DNA of 64,000 bases, taken from contig OX597833.1 of the NCBI GenBank assembly GCA_951406725.2, positions 12,958,001 to 13,022,000 on the forward strand, in the 5' to 3' direction. Shown piece by piece: positions 52,480 through 64,000 of this stretch; the first letter of the stretch is position 1; each line of letters opens with the position of its first letter. This DNA is from Octopus vulgaris (taxonomy: Eukaryota). Both the position numbers and the translations under genes were made by a program. Under the pieces are notes generated by a model. That model saw nothing but the letters and a program-made list of their open reading frames with translations, ran no database searches and was not told the origin of the DNA.

Positions 52480-52790
52480 GATACACTCTGAAGCAGCAAT
52501 CATGCAAGCCATTATATATTGGACAAGAACATCGATTTATTCACGAAAACATGAAAACTCAGGAACTTAAGAACTTTCCTTCGGCAGATGGAAATTAATC
52601 ACTATTTCAGCATTGGAAAGTTAAAGCCAATACAGCTCTTGGATTTGAAGGAATGCTTGTCAGCCCTGGAACTTGTGAAGCACTGATCAATACTGAAAAG
52701 ATATCTGCAAGGATATTGGTAGCAAATTTTCGTAGAAACCCTAAGGTAACAATTATGAGTTCTAAACCTCTACGAATACACTGTTATTAA
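52480..52790 (+). pseudogene. RTE-type LINE AP-endonuclease remnant
   Basis: QEHRFIH..GMLVSP..ALINTEKISARILVANFRRNPKVTIMS. Confidence 0.75.
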
Positions 52791-53277
52791 GTGTAAATTT
52801 TCAAAGCACATCTTTATGGCTTGTCGAGATGACCTCGCTGCTCAGCTAAGGTGATCTGACAAGCACAAATTCTCCTATCATTCTGAAAGCAATAAAAATG
52901 GTACAATATAAAAGGGCTTTTTTGCAGAAAATCCACCATCGTTTCAGAATACATTTCAGAATAGAATCGCCAACTTTGGAGATACACATACAGTTCCGAA
53001 AGAAAGAAAACTATCATAGATTCATCACATGATTATCAATCGTAAATAGAAAAATAACTGCGTGGAAGCATGTTTGGATCAACTATTTCTTTCTATTCCA
53101 TCAATGGCATTGGATGCGGTGTTTCAGAAAAGTTCCATTTCAGATTAGACTTTTCCTCTTCCAAATTCCATTGATAGAAATTTTTATTTGCGGGATTGAT
53201 GGATATCTCTCGCAATCTGACGAACTTAATTCAGGAGTGTGGTTTGTTGGAATGTATGGTGACTAAATGTGGATGGA

Positions 53278-53662
53278 TGGAAGCACTCCGTCGGTTACGA
53301 CGATGAGGGTTCCGGTTGATCCGAATCAACGGAACAGCCTGCTCGTGAAATTAACGTGTAAGTGGCTGAGCACTCCACAAACACGTGCACCCTTAACGTA
53401 GTCCTCGGGGATATTCAGCGTGACACAGAGAGTGACAAGGCCGACCCCTTGAAATACAGGTACAACAGAAACAGGAAGTAAGAGTGAGAGAAAGTTGTGG
53501 TGAAAGAGTACAGCAGGGATCACCACCATCCCCTGCCGGAGCCTCGTGGAGCTTTTAGGTGTTTTCGCTCAATAAACACTCACAACGCCCGGTCTGGGAA
53601 TCGAAACCGCGATCCTACGACCGCGAGTCCGCTGCCCTAACCACTGGGCCATTGCGCCTCCA
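53278..53662 (-). mobile_element. SINE family C, full length
   Basis: Full homology; flanking repeat ACTAAATGT. Confidence 0.93.
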
Positions 53663-53829
53663 CTAAATGTAAACATCTGATGATTGCACATTTCTTGCTA
53701 TTTTAGAGTTTCTGGGCTATTTCCGAAAAATATCTTAAAGAAGGCTAAGCTACTGCCGTGAACATTGTAATATCCCATTTGTTGAAATCGAACCTGGATC
53801 TAATGATGAGTAAGAAAGCACAGAAATGA

Positions 53830-54400
53830 AACGATTGCAACTGGGCCGATGACAAGATTAATGCTTCCAACAAGCGTTGACATTCTATTTAATGACCGCG
53901 AAATGTCAAATCAAGTTTGCACTCAATTAGATCCTTCAAGCTTCACAGACAGAACAATACTATACCCAACCATTGATTCCTGCGATAATAAATACAACAT
54001 GTGAATTATGCAGTGGAGTTTCTAAACAGCAGAGTTCTCGCACAACTTTTGGTTTGAAAGGGGGAATATTGTATAATACTGCAAAATCTAATTAAGGCGA
54101 ATGGATTTTATAATTCAAAATTTTCAATGAGCCATTTACTTGAACGCTTAATTGAAGGTGACAATTGTTGCAGACGATGAACATTATAAGAGAATGCCAT
54201 TGTACAAGAATTAAACTGAAACCTTCTGACATCACTCTACCATTAACCTTTACGCAGTTACATAATTCCGAGTTGGAGTGGTGTTTGCAATGAGAAACAA
54301 TAAACCTCGGCGTCAGTGTAGAGTAAACTGTGACTTTTCTTTCTAAATGATCTGCGTCGGCGTCAGCTATTATATATAGCTCTGTCAAGAACAACACAGT
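53830..54400 (+). pseudogene. Helitron Pif1 helicase remnant (C-terminal motifs)
   Basis: YAVEFLNS, TRIKLKPSDITLPLTF, VFAMRNNKPRRQ (decayed FAMTINKSQGQ) and QLLYIALSR. Confidence 0.78.
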
Positions 54401-54526
54401 GGTTTGCAGTTATAATGACAATGTCGAAAAAAAGTTACCAATAATGTGAGTGCTGAATACACATACACTCCCACTCCTCCCACATACACACACGTACACA
54501 GAAACATCTATTAATCTATCTATCTA

Positions 54527-54564
<38 letters not shown>

Positions 54565-54598
54565 CATATATATATATGTGTGTGTGTGTATGTGTGTG

Positions 54599-54636
<38 letters not shown>

Positions 54637-54818
54637 TATATATATATATATATATATTTATATTTCGACCGATTAAAACCAAAGTGTATGTATCATAAAT
54701 ATACATATATGCATATATATATATATTGGGAGAGTTTTACGAAAAAAACAAAATACGAAGACAGGTGGTGTACAATACAAACAGATGTATTAGTATAACG
54801 CTTAGGAATAGAAAATGA

Positions 54819-54854
54819 CTTTTACGTTTCGAGCCTACGCTCTTCTACAGAAAG
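54819..54854 (-). ncRNA. minimal hammerhead-like motif, U at core position 6
   Basis: CUUU-CUGUAGA-A-GAGC(GUAG)GCUC-GAAA-CG-UA-AAAG inside a Penelope-like fragment at about 54727-54980. Confidence 0.6.
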
Positions 54855-54995
54855 GGACACAGAAAAAAAAAAACAAGGTGAGAAACAAGGAGAGAAAACA
54901 AATGTGTGTAGTGGCTAACGATCTATCATGGCGACTGCCGGACAGAAGGGTCACACAGGAGAGCGAAAAAGTAGGGGAGATGTGTGTGTGTGTAT

Positions 54996-55039
<44 letters not shown>

Positions 55040-55349
55040 GACTAACATTAGAGGTATTGTTACTCACATTTTATTCACCTGTCCTGGAATCTGCCGTTCG
55101 TAAACATTAAGGACCGAATTTATATATAATGTAGATGTCTGAATAGATCAAGAGCGGATTTCTTCACTCCGCTGGGTTTAATTGTCTACATACACTGCAA
55201 GAATATCATTCGGTCGGTTCTAAGGTACCAAGTTTGATATTTACTTAATATTGTTGTGTGTGTATATGATTCCGACCTAACGGGGTGCCTCAGTTTATGT
55301 ACCTAATTCATCTGAATCTTACTTTTATATATATTATATATATATATAA

Positions 55350-55716
55350 TCTCTCTATATATAAACGGCAAAATGTCTCTGTATGTGTCCTTTATACAAA
55401 TCCACAATTTTTCAGTTAGAGGGCTTGCACTTTCTCTGGTCATTCAAAACCTTCGTCCAATGATGGTCGTGCACATCTTTACATTTCCCCAGTCACCCCG
55501 CAAAGCCATTAAAAAATCAATAGAAGTGACTTTTTTGTGAATTTTCTATCCAAAACCCAATCAGAATGCCAGAAACTTGATACGCCAATTGAATGCCAGC
55601 TAACTGTATGTGGTTGGTCGGAGATTTGGACAGTACTCGCGTGTATGTCCGCACGCACGCAGCCGTATATGCATGCACTAACACTATGACCCAGCGTTGC
55701 CGGGTCATAATGCTAG
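55350..55716 (+). mobile_element. non-autonomous Helitron (different family)
   Basis: 5' TCTCTCTATATATAAA; 3' hairpin TATGACCC..GGGTCATA plus CTAG; inserted between A and T. Confidence 0.9.
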
Positions 55717-56249
55717 TATTTATAATAAGACCACAAGTCTTGGGAAATACAGCTACCTGGGGTTTCCTGGCCGAAACATAAACATATTTCGATATTTTCG
55801 AAGCTGAGTAAAAGATTCTCTGTTAATTTTTAAGCATTTTGTTAATTTTTAAGAATTTTGTTAATTTCTAACCAGATGACGAACAGGTAAAGGTTCATGC
55901 GAAAGAAGACGAAGAGAAAAAGCACAAGGGAAATAACCAACATTACAAAAATCAAATGTCAGAAATACGTAAACAAGATATTAATGGCTTCCGATGTGCC
56001 TGATGGCATATTTTTAGATTCCGCCAAAATGTATTTCTTAAAATGTGGGCATAAAGAAAAAATCTCGTTCCTGGAATTATCTTTACATAATTACATGTAC
56101 ACATACACACACACATGATTATATATATATATATATATATATATAAAGTTAATCCAAACATGAAAACACAAAGAGAAAACACAACAACGCGAGGACGTGG
56201 AACAAGTGTAGTGTTACTGGACGCTCAGGAAAGGAAAGAAAGAAGGAGG

Positions 56250-56284
56250 ATTTAACGTTTCGAGCGGAGCTCTTCGTCAGAAAC
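56250..56284 (-). ncRNA. minimal type I hammerhead ribozyme
   Basis: GUUU-CUGACGA-A-GAGC(UCC)GCUC-GAAA-CG-UU-AAAU inside a (TA)n-flanked fragment at about 56146-56393. Confidence 0.72.
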
Positions 56285-56427
56285 ATAGGAATAGGAAAAA
56301 TCCAAGGAAGGGAGGACGGAGGGGAAAAAAATCGCCAACGATACACACGCGGTCACATATTGAATGACCGGAAGGGAATGGGTGAAGAAAAAGTTATATA
56401 TATATATATATATAGACAGACAGACAT

Positions 56428-56460
<33 letters not shown>

Positions 56461-56462
56461 TT

Positions 56463-56574
<112 letters not shown>

Positions 56575-56958
56575 TATTTATTTATTTACATATATGGATT
56601 CGATTGAATTGGATTGCCTATGTTCAGTCCACTGTTGGACGAGAGCTTTTGCATGTTATCTCCACCAACCACGGTCCGACATGGAGGCTATGAATTTGAG
56701 CTTGAGATCTTACTGGTTCGATAAGTCTACTCTCCTACACTGGCTCCACATAGTTTGGCCGAAGGGCGCAATCTTTATACTCATACTGGGAGTAGTTAAG
56801 TCGATTAAATCGACCTCAGTATTCAACTGGTACTTACTTTAAAGACCCCGAAATGATGAAAGCCGAAGTCGACCACGACGGAATTTGAACTCAAAAACCT
56901 ATGAACATTTTCTTAAGCATTTCGACTGGCATGGTAACGATTCTGACAACTCGCCTTT

Positions 56959-57049
<91 letters not shown>

Positions 57050-57080
57050 CACAAACACATATACACACACGCACATCTAT

Positions 57081-57406
57081 GTGGAAGCACTCCGTCGGTT
57101 ACGACGACGAGGGTTCCGGTTGATCCGATCAACGGAACAGCCTGCTCGTGAAATTAACGTGTAAGTGGCTGAGCACTCCACAGACACATGTACCCTTAAC
57201 GTAGTTCTCGGGGATATTCAGCGTGACACAAGGCCGGCCCTTTGAAATACAGGTACAACAGAAACAGGAAGTAAGAGTGAGAGAAAGTTGTGGTGAAAGA
57301 GTACAGCAGGGATCACCACCATCCCTGCCGGAGCCTCGTGGAGCTTTTAGGTGTTTTCGCTCAATAAACACTCCGCTGCCCTAACCACTGGGCCATTGCA
57401 CCTCCA
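57081..57406 (-). mobile_element. SINE family C with internal deletions
   Basis: Homology; flanking repeat CACGCACATCTATG. Confidence 0.9.
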
Positions 57407-57725
57407 CGCACATCTATGCCTATATACATAAATTGCCAACCTGCGTGAACTATTTTTAACGCTAATCTTAATTTTGTGTTACATCCAGATTTTAAGCATC
57501 ACTACGACTGTCTTATGATTCTAGTAAATTTAATTAATTAATTAATTGATAATAAATTAATTAATGCAGTGACGGCTAAAATGAATACCTATGTTCCATA
57601 GTGAAGAGCAGTTTGAAGAATAAACATTGGTCACAAGTTAGTAACTTATAAATCTATCTATCTATCTATCTATCTAATATATAAATATATATATAGGAAA
57701 AAAGCAACAAGAATGGATTAAAATA

Positions 57726-57809
57726 TCGGTACAATTGTTTCGTACGAGGACATCTTTAATAAGCTACAAGAAATGCAGTAAATATAGATGGCTCGTACTC
57801 GTCAGCCGA
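57726..57809 (-). ncRNA. type I hammerhead ribozyme with canonical core and extended stem II
   Basis: UCGG-CUGACGA-GUACGAG[long insert]CUCGUAC-GAAA-CAAUUG-UA-CCGA; all three stems pair; GUA triplet. Confidence 0.82.
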
Positions 57810-57827
57810 AAAAACATCAGAGATTCC

Positions 57828-57869
<42 letters not shown>

Positions 57870-58209
57870 TGTGAAGGGGTAGATTTGTGTGTGTATATAT
57901 AGAGAGAGCGGGAGAGAGAGGAAAAAGAGAGATAGAAAGATAGACAGATAGATAGATAGAGAGTGAGAGAAAGAGAGAGAGAGAGAACAAAAGTGGTGAT
58001 AGTTTTTATGCCTATTCAATACAATGCTATTTCCATTCATGTTTTCGTATATAGAGTCTGCAATCGGAATATCGATAGATAACTCCAATATATTTCGAAT
58101 AACAATTGTGTCTCTTCACCGACGGAACATTCCAAATATAATGAAACATATGGAAGTCTAAATATTGGTTTTATGTCGTGCTATATATATTATATATATA
58201 TATATATAT

Positions 58210-58281
<72 letters not shown>

Positions 58282-58363
58282 CACCTCAAAACAGAAAAAT
58301 TATATATATATATACACACACACAGAGTCGTATATATGTATGTATGTTGATATGTAGGTATAC

Positions 58364-58424
<61 letters not shown>

Positions 58425-58509
58425 CATATACATATGTATATATACATATATACATATATATACATATACATATACATTTATATATATAGAGAGAGAGATA
58501 TGTATATAT

Positions 58510-58667
58510 AGGCACAGGAGTGGCAGTGTGGTAAAAAGCTTGCTTCCCAACCACATGGTTCCGGGTTCAGTCCCACTGCGTGGCACCTTGGGCAAGTGTC
58601 TTCTACTATAGCCTCGAGCCGACCAAAGCATTGTGAGTTTGGTAGACGGAAACTGAAAGAAGCCCAT

Positions 58668-58670
<3 letters not shown>
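58510..58670 (+). mobile_element. SINE family B 5' half
   Basis: Head through GAAAGAAGCCC, ending in (TA)n. Confidence 0.85.
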
Positions 58671-58737
<67 letters not shown>

Positions 58738-58913
58738 TAATCCAAACGGGAAAACAGAAAAAACAACAACACGTGGAACAATTACAGTATTATTATTATT
58801 AGGCGCTCAGGAAAATATATATATTTATATATACAGAGAGAGAGAGAGAGGTGATGGAGAGCAGGAGATAGAGACAGACATACAGACAGATAGACAGATA
58901 TATATATATATAT

Positions 58914-59035
<122 letters not shown>

Positions 59036-59069
59036 TGATTGATAGATAGATATACAGATAGATAGATAA

Positions 59070-59100
<31 letters not shown>

Positions 59101-59119
59101 TATAGATAAATAGATAGAT

Positions 59120-59216
<97 letters not shown>

Positions 59217-59321
59217 TGTCTTTCTTCCAAACATTTCATCATGTTGGATTGTTAAGTCTTACGCATTTTTTCACTATCAGCTTTTTTTTAACATTTTCTG
59301 TCCATTTTCTCCCTCTTAATC

Positions 59322-59357
59322 CTTTCTGTCGAAGATTGCAGCCTCGAAACGTCAAAG
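59322..59357 (+). ncRNA. decayed hammerhead-like motif (related to 54819)
   Basis: CUUU-CUGUCGA-A-GA..UC-GAAA-CG-UC-AAAG; stem II eroded. Confidence 0.45.
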
Positions 59358-59446
59358 ACCTTTCCATTCCTCTCGAGCGTTAAAATATTATACCTGTATG
59401 TTGTTCCTTCACATGTCTTCCTTTTCTGTTTTCTTTAAATTTGAAC

Positions 59447-59479
<33 letters not shown>

Positions 59480-59505
59480 ACATATATATATATATGCATA
59501 TATGT

Positions 59506-59596
<91 letters not shown>

Positions 59597-59779
59597 CATA
59601 CATATATACATACATACATATCTATATCTATCTATCTATATATATATCTATATAAAATTAATCAAAATAAAAACATGATATTTTGATCAATTTACTCCAC
59701 CACCTACACCACCAAACGGTATATACAGGTGCTTACAATTATCAAGTACTCACACCGAATTTCTGTACTCAACTATATA

Positions 59780-59822
<43 letters not shown>

Positions 59823-61059
59823 CTGAGAATGTGTGTCTGTCTGTCTGTGTTTCCTTAAAACTTGAGAACTACACAACCAATTTCATTGAAATTTTACACA
59901 TGCCTTACTTGTCCGGGAAGTGTCATCGGCAAAACAAATCTTAACTTTTTCGCTAGGGTGACCCCACAGCAATATCATATCTTCTCCACTATTTCAGAAT
60001 TACGTGTTAAAAGTGAAACAAAAACATCTCTCTATTGTAATGCAGACACTTTCACTTTAATACTGAAACTATTAAAGTTAAAGAATTATATAACAAGGAT
60101 GAACCATTGATAGTGGTCACCCTTTTTGCTAGAAAATCCGCTATGGTCTTATATGCTACACCACTGGTTTTCAATTCATATTAATCAAATTAATATTCAA
60201 TTTTTCACCCTTATTATGTGTGTGTGTATTAGCAATTCGTATAAAATTGCATCAATGACTTGAACAAGTGGTTTCACATAAATGGGGATACATTAAAAAG
60301 GTTTGTTGTTATTATTATTACTGTTTGACTATTGTAATCACGTTTGTTGGTTCCTCGTCAGGGAAACATTGTTGTGTTGCATTTATTAAATAATTGTAAA
60401 CCGTAACCCTCCCCCTTTCGGAGAAGGGGCTTTGGTTATTGTTTAAAAATTGAATTGTGTCCCTGTTTGGGAAAATTGACAATATTTTCACCGTCTTTAC
60501 GGAAGCATTTTTGTTAAAATACCTTCGATAGAAGAAAGTCCAAAAATGAATTTCGCTGCAGCCGTACACTTCTATACAAGAGGGAGGACAAGATCCAATT
60601 GATCGAAATTGCAAGAGACGGGCCTACAATTCCAGTCTGTTATATATTTTGAGTATTGTTATCACTGGCGATATCAAGATATAACTTTGTATTTTGTATT
60701 TTATGTGTAGATGTCTATATATAGATGTACATGTAATATGTACACATATATATACATATATACATGCATAATATATCTACCCATACACACATACGCACAC
60801 ACACACACACATACATAGGGGCAGGTGTGGCTGTGTGGTAACAAATTACGTTCCAAACACATGGTCCTGGGTTCAGTCCCACTGTGTGGTGACTTGGCAT
60901 GTGTCTTCTGCTGTAGCCTCAGACCAACAAAAGCCTTCTCAGTGGATTTTGTACATATATACAGGTATACACATATATACATGCATACGTACATATTCGG
61001 CATAAACACTCTACCACTACAACTAATAACTGTTGGGAACACTTTCAAACCTGCCTTAC

Positions 61060-61855
61060 ATTTGAACCGGAATCTCAACGCCCGAGTTTTCCATCTGAAG
61101 TTAATCTCTCTCATGGAGCTCATACAAAAGGGGCAAGTCTTTGGGCCCATACAATGTGACATGTACACAATCGAGTGGCAAAAAGGGGCCTTCCGCATGC
61201 TCATACCCTGCTTTGGCTCTCAGCGAAGATCAATTCCAATGACATCGACAAGATAATCTCTGCAGAGCTTCCTGATCCAGCTTTAGACAAAGAACTATAC
61301 GAAATAGTTAAAGCAAACATGGTACATGGTCCATGTGGGCGTGGATTCAACATAAACACACCATGCTTGAAGGACAGCATATGTTCAAAAAGATTTCCAA
61401 GGAGGTTCCTACAAGAAACTCAGACAGGTGCTGATGGGTATCCATCATACAGACGCAGAAAACCAGAAGACGGAGGTTTCACAGCAACTATCGAACAGCA
61501 CGATATTGATAATAGATGGATTGTTCCATATTGCCCACTCCTGTCAAAGACTTTCAATGCCCACATCAACGTTGAGTTTTGCAACTCCGTTAAATCCATC
61601 TAGTACGTTTGCAAATATGTAAACAAGGGTTCTGACGCTGCAATGTTTGGACTTCAACAAGAATACTGCCAGGATGAGGTGACGCATTGTCAGGTGGGAC
61701 GGTACATAAGTAGCAACGAGGCTTTCTGGCGCATCTTTGGCTTTACAATTCACCAACGACACCCCGCCATTCAACAGCTTGCAGTGCACCTGGAAAATGG
61801 TCAGAGAGTGTACTTCACCGATGCTAATGCTTCTCTGTTGGCAGAGGTACCAAGG
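61060..61855 (+). pseudogene. Helitron Rep (HUH endonuclease) remnant
   Basis: ARVFHLKL..YTIEWQK, frameshift, [84 protein letters not shown]. Confidence 0.95.
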
Positions 61856-62200
<345 letters not shown>

Positions 62201-62440
62201 GTAATTTCTTCATTAGCCACACAGAGCTAAACACTGAGGGGACAATTACAATGTAGAGCTTTTCTTTTCGAGGGTCGCAAAAAAAAAGGGGGGGGGACAA
62301 CGATCAAAATGGATCGAAATCGTTGGGAATATAAGCAAAAAATGTCGAAACAGTACAAAAAGTTTCCCAAGAAATGGGGAGGTTTATCTCTGGAAAGAAA
62401 AACCTACGAAAAGACCACAGTAACCTCGGGCAATTACGTC
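62201..62440 (-). mobile_element. Tx1-like LINE 3' UTR fragment related to 8190-8500
   Basis: Shares CCGAGGTTAC.GTGGTCTTTTC, AAAAGCTCTA..TTGTAATT and TGTGTGGCTAAT.AAGAAA; its 3' end abuts (CTAT)n. Confidence 0.75.
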
Positions 62441-62679
62441 ACATAATAATTTATATTTACGAATAAGGAACTCTCTGTATTTAATTTTTTTACGGTTGGT
62501 GGTGGCGGTGACGGTGGATATAGCAATGGCGGAGGTGGTAGTGGCAGCGGTGGTGGCGGTGGAGGTGGTGGTGGTGGTGGTGTTGGTCGTCGTGGTGATG
62601 GTGGTGGTGTTTGTGGCAGAGTTGTTCTTTGACTGTGAAGCTGTCGTCTGGTTCTTCCAATTCTTCGTGTGTCGGTGGC

Positions 62680-63415
62680 GGAGTTGGCGTCCATGCTCAC
62701 ACCTGCACCTGTGTTGCTCCTCCCCACCTTCCCTCCTTCATGAAGCTGTGGGGAAGGCAGGGTAGGGAAATCAACGTCATAAGAGTTGTCAAGGAGACCA
62801 GCCTTCTTTTAGAACAACGACTTCATGGCTTGAAGACGCCAAAACAGAAATGGCTAAGAAAGCCGAAAGCAAATTCTACAAAATCGGGAAACATGCCTCA
62901 CAGGGGAGGTTTCCGGTGCAAAGAATTTGCACAACCGAATGCTTTAGTTGTTGCACAACTTTTACATAAAAGATATTATCCGAACACAAACTTTTGAAGG
63001 CAATAAAAAAGCAAACTTGAAGACAATATTGTATGGCGATGGTACTTATGAAATATGGTAATAGATTTAGTAGCCAAAAGGAGAGACCAGAGGTATAGTA
63101 TGGTGGTGGTGGTGGTGGTGGTGGCGGCGGTGGCGGTGTAAATAGCGACGGCGGAGGTGGTAGTGGCAGTGGCGGTGTCGGTGTTGGTGGTGGTGGTGGT
63201 CATGATGGCGGCAGAGTTGGCATCCATGCTCACACCTGCACCTATGTTGCTCCTCCCCTCCCCCCTCCTTCATGAAGCTGTGGGGAAAGCATGGTAGGGA
63301 AATCAACGTCGTAAGCGTTGTCAAGGAGACCAGCCTTCTTTTAGAACAACGACTTCATGGCTTGAAGACGCCAAAACAGAAATGGCTAAGAAAGCCGAAA
63401 GCAAATTCTACAAAA
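62680..63415. repeat. about 200-bp direct repeat (62680-62883 and 63213-63415), each preceded by a (GGT)n-rich tract
   Basis: CCATGCTCACACCTGCACC..GAAAGCAAATTCTACAAA present twice. Confidence 0.9.
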
Positions 63416-63544
63416 TATATATATAACAGAAAAGTCTAATTATTCAATTGAATATAACCGGGCAACGCCGGGTATCTCTGCTAGTGTGTATATATATATA
63501 TAAGAAAATGGAGGAACAAATTCATTTCAATCATCAACTTACAG

Positions 63545-63577
<33 letters not shown>

Positions 63578-64000
63578 TGTATGTATGTATGTATGTATGT
63601 ATACGCGTCTATTTTGCTTGTTCGACAGTACGCTGCGAGTTGCGCGGTGGGGACGATTCTTTCAAAGCACTGGGTGTTAAAGCACCCGTGCGGTCGATAA
63701 TGTTTACAACACTAACGTTTCTTCTAATGCATAATTGAATGCATTTTTGCGTATACATTGACGTGGCATACTAACAAATGGTTTTTTTCACTATTTCTAT
63801 ATAGTCATAGACTGACGATTCAGTTCGTCTCCGGTTCGATTCAGGTTCGTGATATTTGATAAGCGACAAAAATGGCGAAATATTCGTATCCATTACTCGT
63901 GAACCTGAGTAGAGGACGAGTTGTCTCGCCTGTCTGTGACGTTCAATTCTTTTAACATCCAGTACTCTGAGAATTCACCCTCACCGCGCTAAACCGGTGT

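Noticed and set aside
58085-58125. Additional hammerhead-like string on the minus strand
   Set aside because: Core 3:8 pair mismatched, and stems I and II do not form convincingly.
62434-62765. Pro-rich / Val-rich ORFs
   Set aside because: Derived from (GGT)n low-complexity DNA inside the Helitron-associated repeat.

Overview
AT-rich, microsatellite-dense animal DNA. The SINE families and TTAGGG tracts resemble Octopus/cephalopod repeats; this is recognition, not a database result. No host protein-coding exon or true tRNA/rRNA gene is supportable, and nearly all listed ORFs are microsatellite or repeat artefacts, so the window is probably intronic or intergenic. It is a layered field of transposable elements: at least four tRNA-headed SINE families (one forming exact 184-bp tandem arrays), non-LTR remnants (Tx1/L1, CR1, R4/Dong, Hero-like, RTE), Helitrons (non-autonomous copies plus Rep and Pif1 remnants), Tc1/mariner/maT/hAT remnants, and a GG-terminated 8-bp-TSD MITE carrying telomeric repeats. 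Main observations: (1) about nine minimal hammerhead-ribozyme motifs in Penelope-like fragments, including compensated G3:C8 and U3:A8 cores; (2) SINE tails that match Tx1 and CR1 3' ends present in the same window; (3) a MITE copy that captured the flank and left end of a sister copy 8.8 kb away; (4) all four head/tail combinations among SINE modules.
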